NCBI GenBank assembly: GCA_048938445.1
Contig: JBHLME010000013.1
Location: 19,237-43,236 of the forward strand
Source of the DNA: Promethearchaeota archaeon
Lineage (GTDB): Archaea > Asgardarchaeota > Lokiarchaeia > Sigyniarchaeales > SOKP01
DNA length: 24,000 bases
Reading direction: 5' to 3'
The position numbers and the translations under genes are program-made. Numbering within the stretch: the first letter of the stretch is position 1; every line of letters begins with the position of its first letter. This document shows, in pieces, positions 23,354-24,000 of the stretch. Under the pieces are notes generated by a model. It saw nothing but the letters and a program-made list of their open reading frames with translations, was not told the origin of the DNA and did not search any database.

Positions 23354-23809
23354 ATGAAATATAAAGTAATTGTAAATGAATCTAAAGTAAAATTCAGTGC
23401 TTGTCATTTTTTAAAAGAACACTTTAAATGTTCAAGACTTCACGGTCATAATTATTACGTGTCCGTAGAAATTACTGACAGTTTGGATGAGAACTATTTT
23501 GTGGTAGATTTTATGGAACTTACAAATGTCTTAAAAAAAATCGTTGAGCCTCTGGATCACTATATTCTCATTCCAACTGAAGCAAAAGAATTTGTTATTA
23601 AAAAAGATAAGGAATCTGTAGAAATTAGTATGCCTACAAAAAGATATGTTTTTCCACTTTCCGACGTGTGCTTCTTACCATTGCCTGCAACAACAAGTGA
23701 GCTCTTGGCAAAATATATTCACGATAAGCTAAAAGAAATTTATAAAAATAAAAAAATGATCGTAAAAGTGGGAGAATCTAAAAGTTCTATTGCCTCATAT
23801 GAAGAGTGA
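23354..23809 (+). CDS. queD: 6-carboxy-5,6,7,8-tetrahydropterin synthase (PTPS-fold)
   Basis: FSACHFL...CSRLHGHNYYVSVEI is the Cys/His-His-His zinc and catalytic signature of QueD/PTPS. The gene lies directly after queE. Confidence 0.9.
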   Translation: MKYKVIVNESKVKFSACHFLKEHFKCSRLHGHNYYVSVEITDSLDENYFVVDFMELTNVLKKIVEPLDHYILIPTEAKEFVIKKDKESVEISMPTKRYVFPLSDVCFLPLPATTSELLAKYIHDKLKEIYKNKKMIVKVGESKSSIASYEE

Positions 23810-23867
23810 ACTTTAATTAAATGAGTATGAAGGTAATTAAAAATTTATATAAAAAATTTAGTTTGTT

Positions 23868-24000
23868 TCATAATCAAGCGGATCTTTTAATTTTGCTTTC
23901 TCAAAGGCTTCTAATCTCTCAACGCAACTACCACACTTCCCACAGGCTTTACTCCCTCCTTTATAACACGTCCACGTTAAGGAATAATCTACACCTAAAT
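23868..24000 (-). CDS. queC: 7-cyano-7-deazaguanine synthase, C-terminal 44 codons (gene runs off the right edge)
   Basis: Not in the ORF track. The reverse complement reads ...[46 protein letters not shown], with the stop at the complement of 23868-23870. TW(S/T)CY...CGxCxxCxxR..AF is the QueC zinc-binding C-terminus. Confidence 0.8.

Noticed and set aside
18479-24000. Possibility that queC/queD/queE next to the large methyltransferase form a Dpd-like 7-deazaguanine DNA-modification or restriction island
   Set aside because: No DpdA/TGT-like transglycosylase, DpdB or other Dpd components are visible. In archaea these three genes are the housekeeping route to preQ0 for archaeosine. This is worth re-examining only if a tgt paralog lies just beyond the right edge.
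1-24000. Search for CRISPR arrays, tRNA/rRNA genes, IS elements, integrases and long terminal or inverted repeats
   Set aside because: I found no regularly spaced 25-40 bp repeats, no cloverleaf-sized GC-rich islands, and no transposase or integrase motifs in any listed ORF. The only long-range similarity is between paralogous genes (the kinases and the 272-aa pair).

Overview
AT-rich window (about 30% GC by eye), densely coding, with no rRNA, tRNA, CRISPR array, transposase or integrase that I can see. The gene content looks like a chromosome of an uncultivated archaeon, but that placement is inference only. It rests on the preQ0/archaeosine-precursor genes queE, queD and queC, the soluble multi-PAS histidine kinases with an HD(I/M)NNIL H-box, and several TTG/GTG starts. 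Confidently recognisable genes are: a UPF0016/GDT1-type cation transporter, a solitary SPPY DNA methyltransferase, three paralogous orphan PAS histidine kinases, a CaCA Na+/Ca2+ exchanger, a stomatin(SPFH)-NfeD pair, a UvrD/PcrA-type helicase, a 938-aa Eco57I/PglX-like N6-adenine methyltransferase with no nuclease domain, QueE, QueD, and the 3' end of QueC. A partial DUF3795-like gene at the left edge is a moderate-confidence call. Six things are not explained by standard annotation. (1) A short Cys/His module (CPxCK ... C ... F ... ID..G..RG..[KR]I[DE]) heads two otherwise unrelated proteins, and each of them is the nearest confident neighbour of one of the two DNA methyltransferases. (2) A same-strand cassette of that Zn-module protein, two tandem 272-aa paralogs with a conserved acidic ...EIAQEEEF......FGF tail, and a 7-TM protein; none of these matches a family I recognise. 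(3) A 56-aa ribbon-helix-helix ORF missing from the ORF track, antisense to a spurious listed ORF. (4) Upstream of that ORF, five GGAT(T/A) direct repeats phased at 10-12 bp. (5) A methyltransferase whose family-like N-terminus continues upstream of its only ATG to a CTG codon. (6) A Cys3His motif in one PAS domain. Calling any of these a system is a hypothesis that needs comparative genomics.
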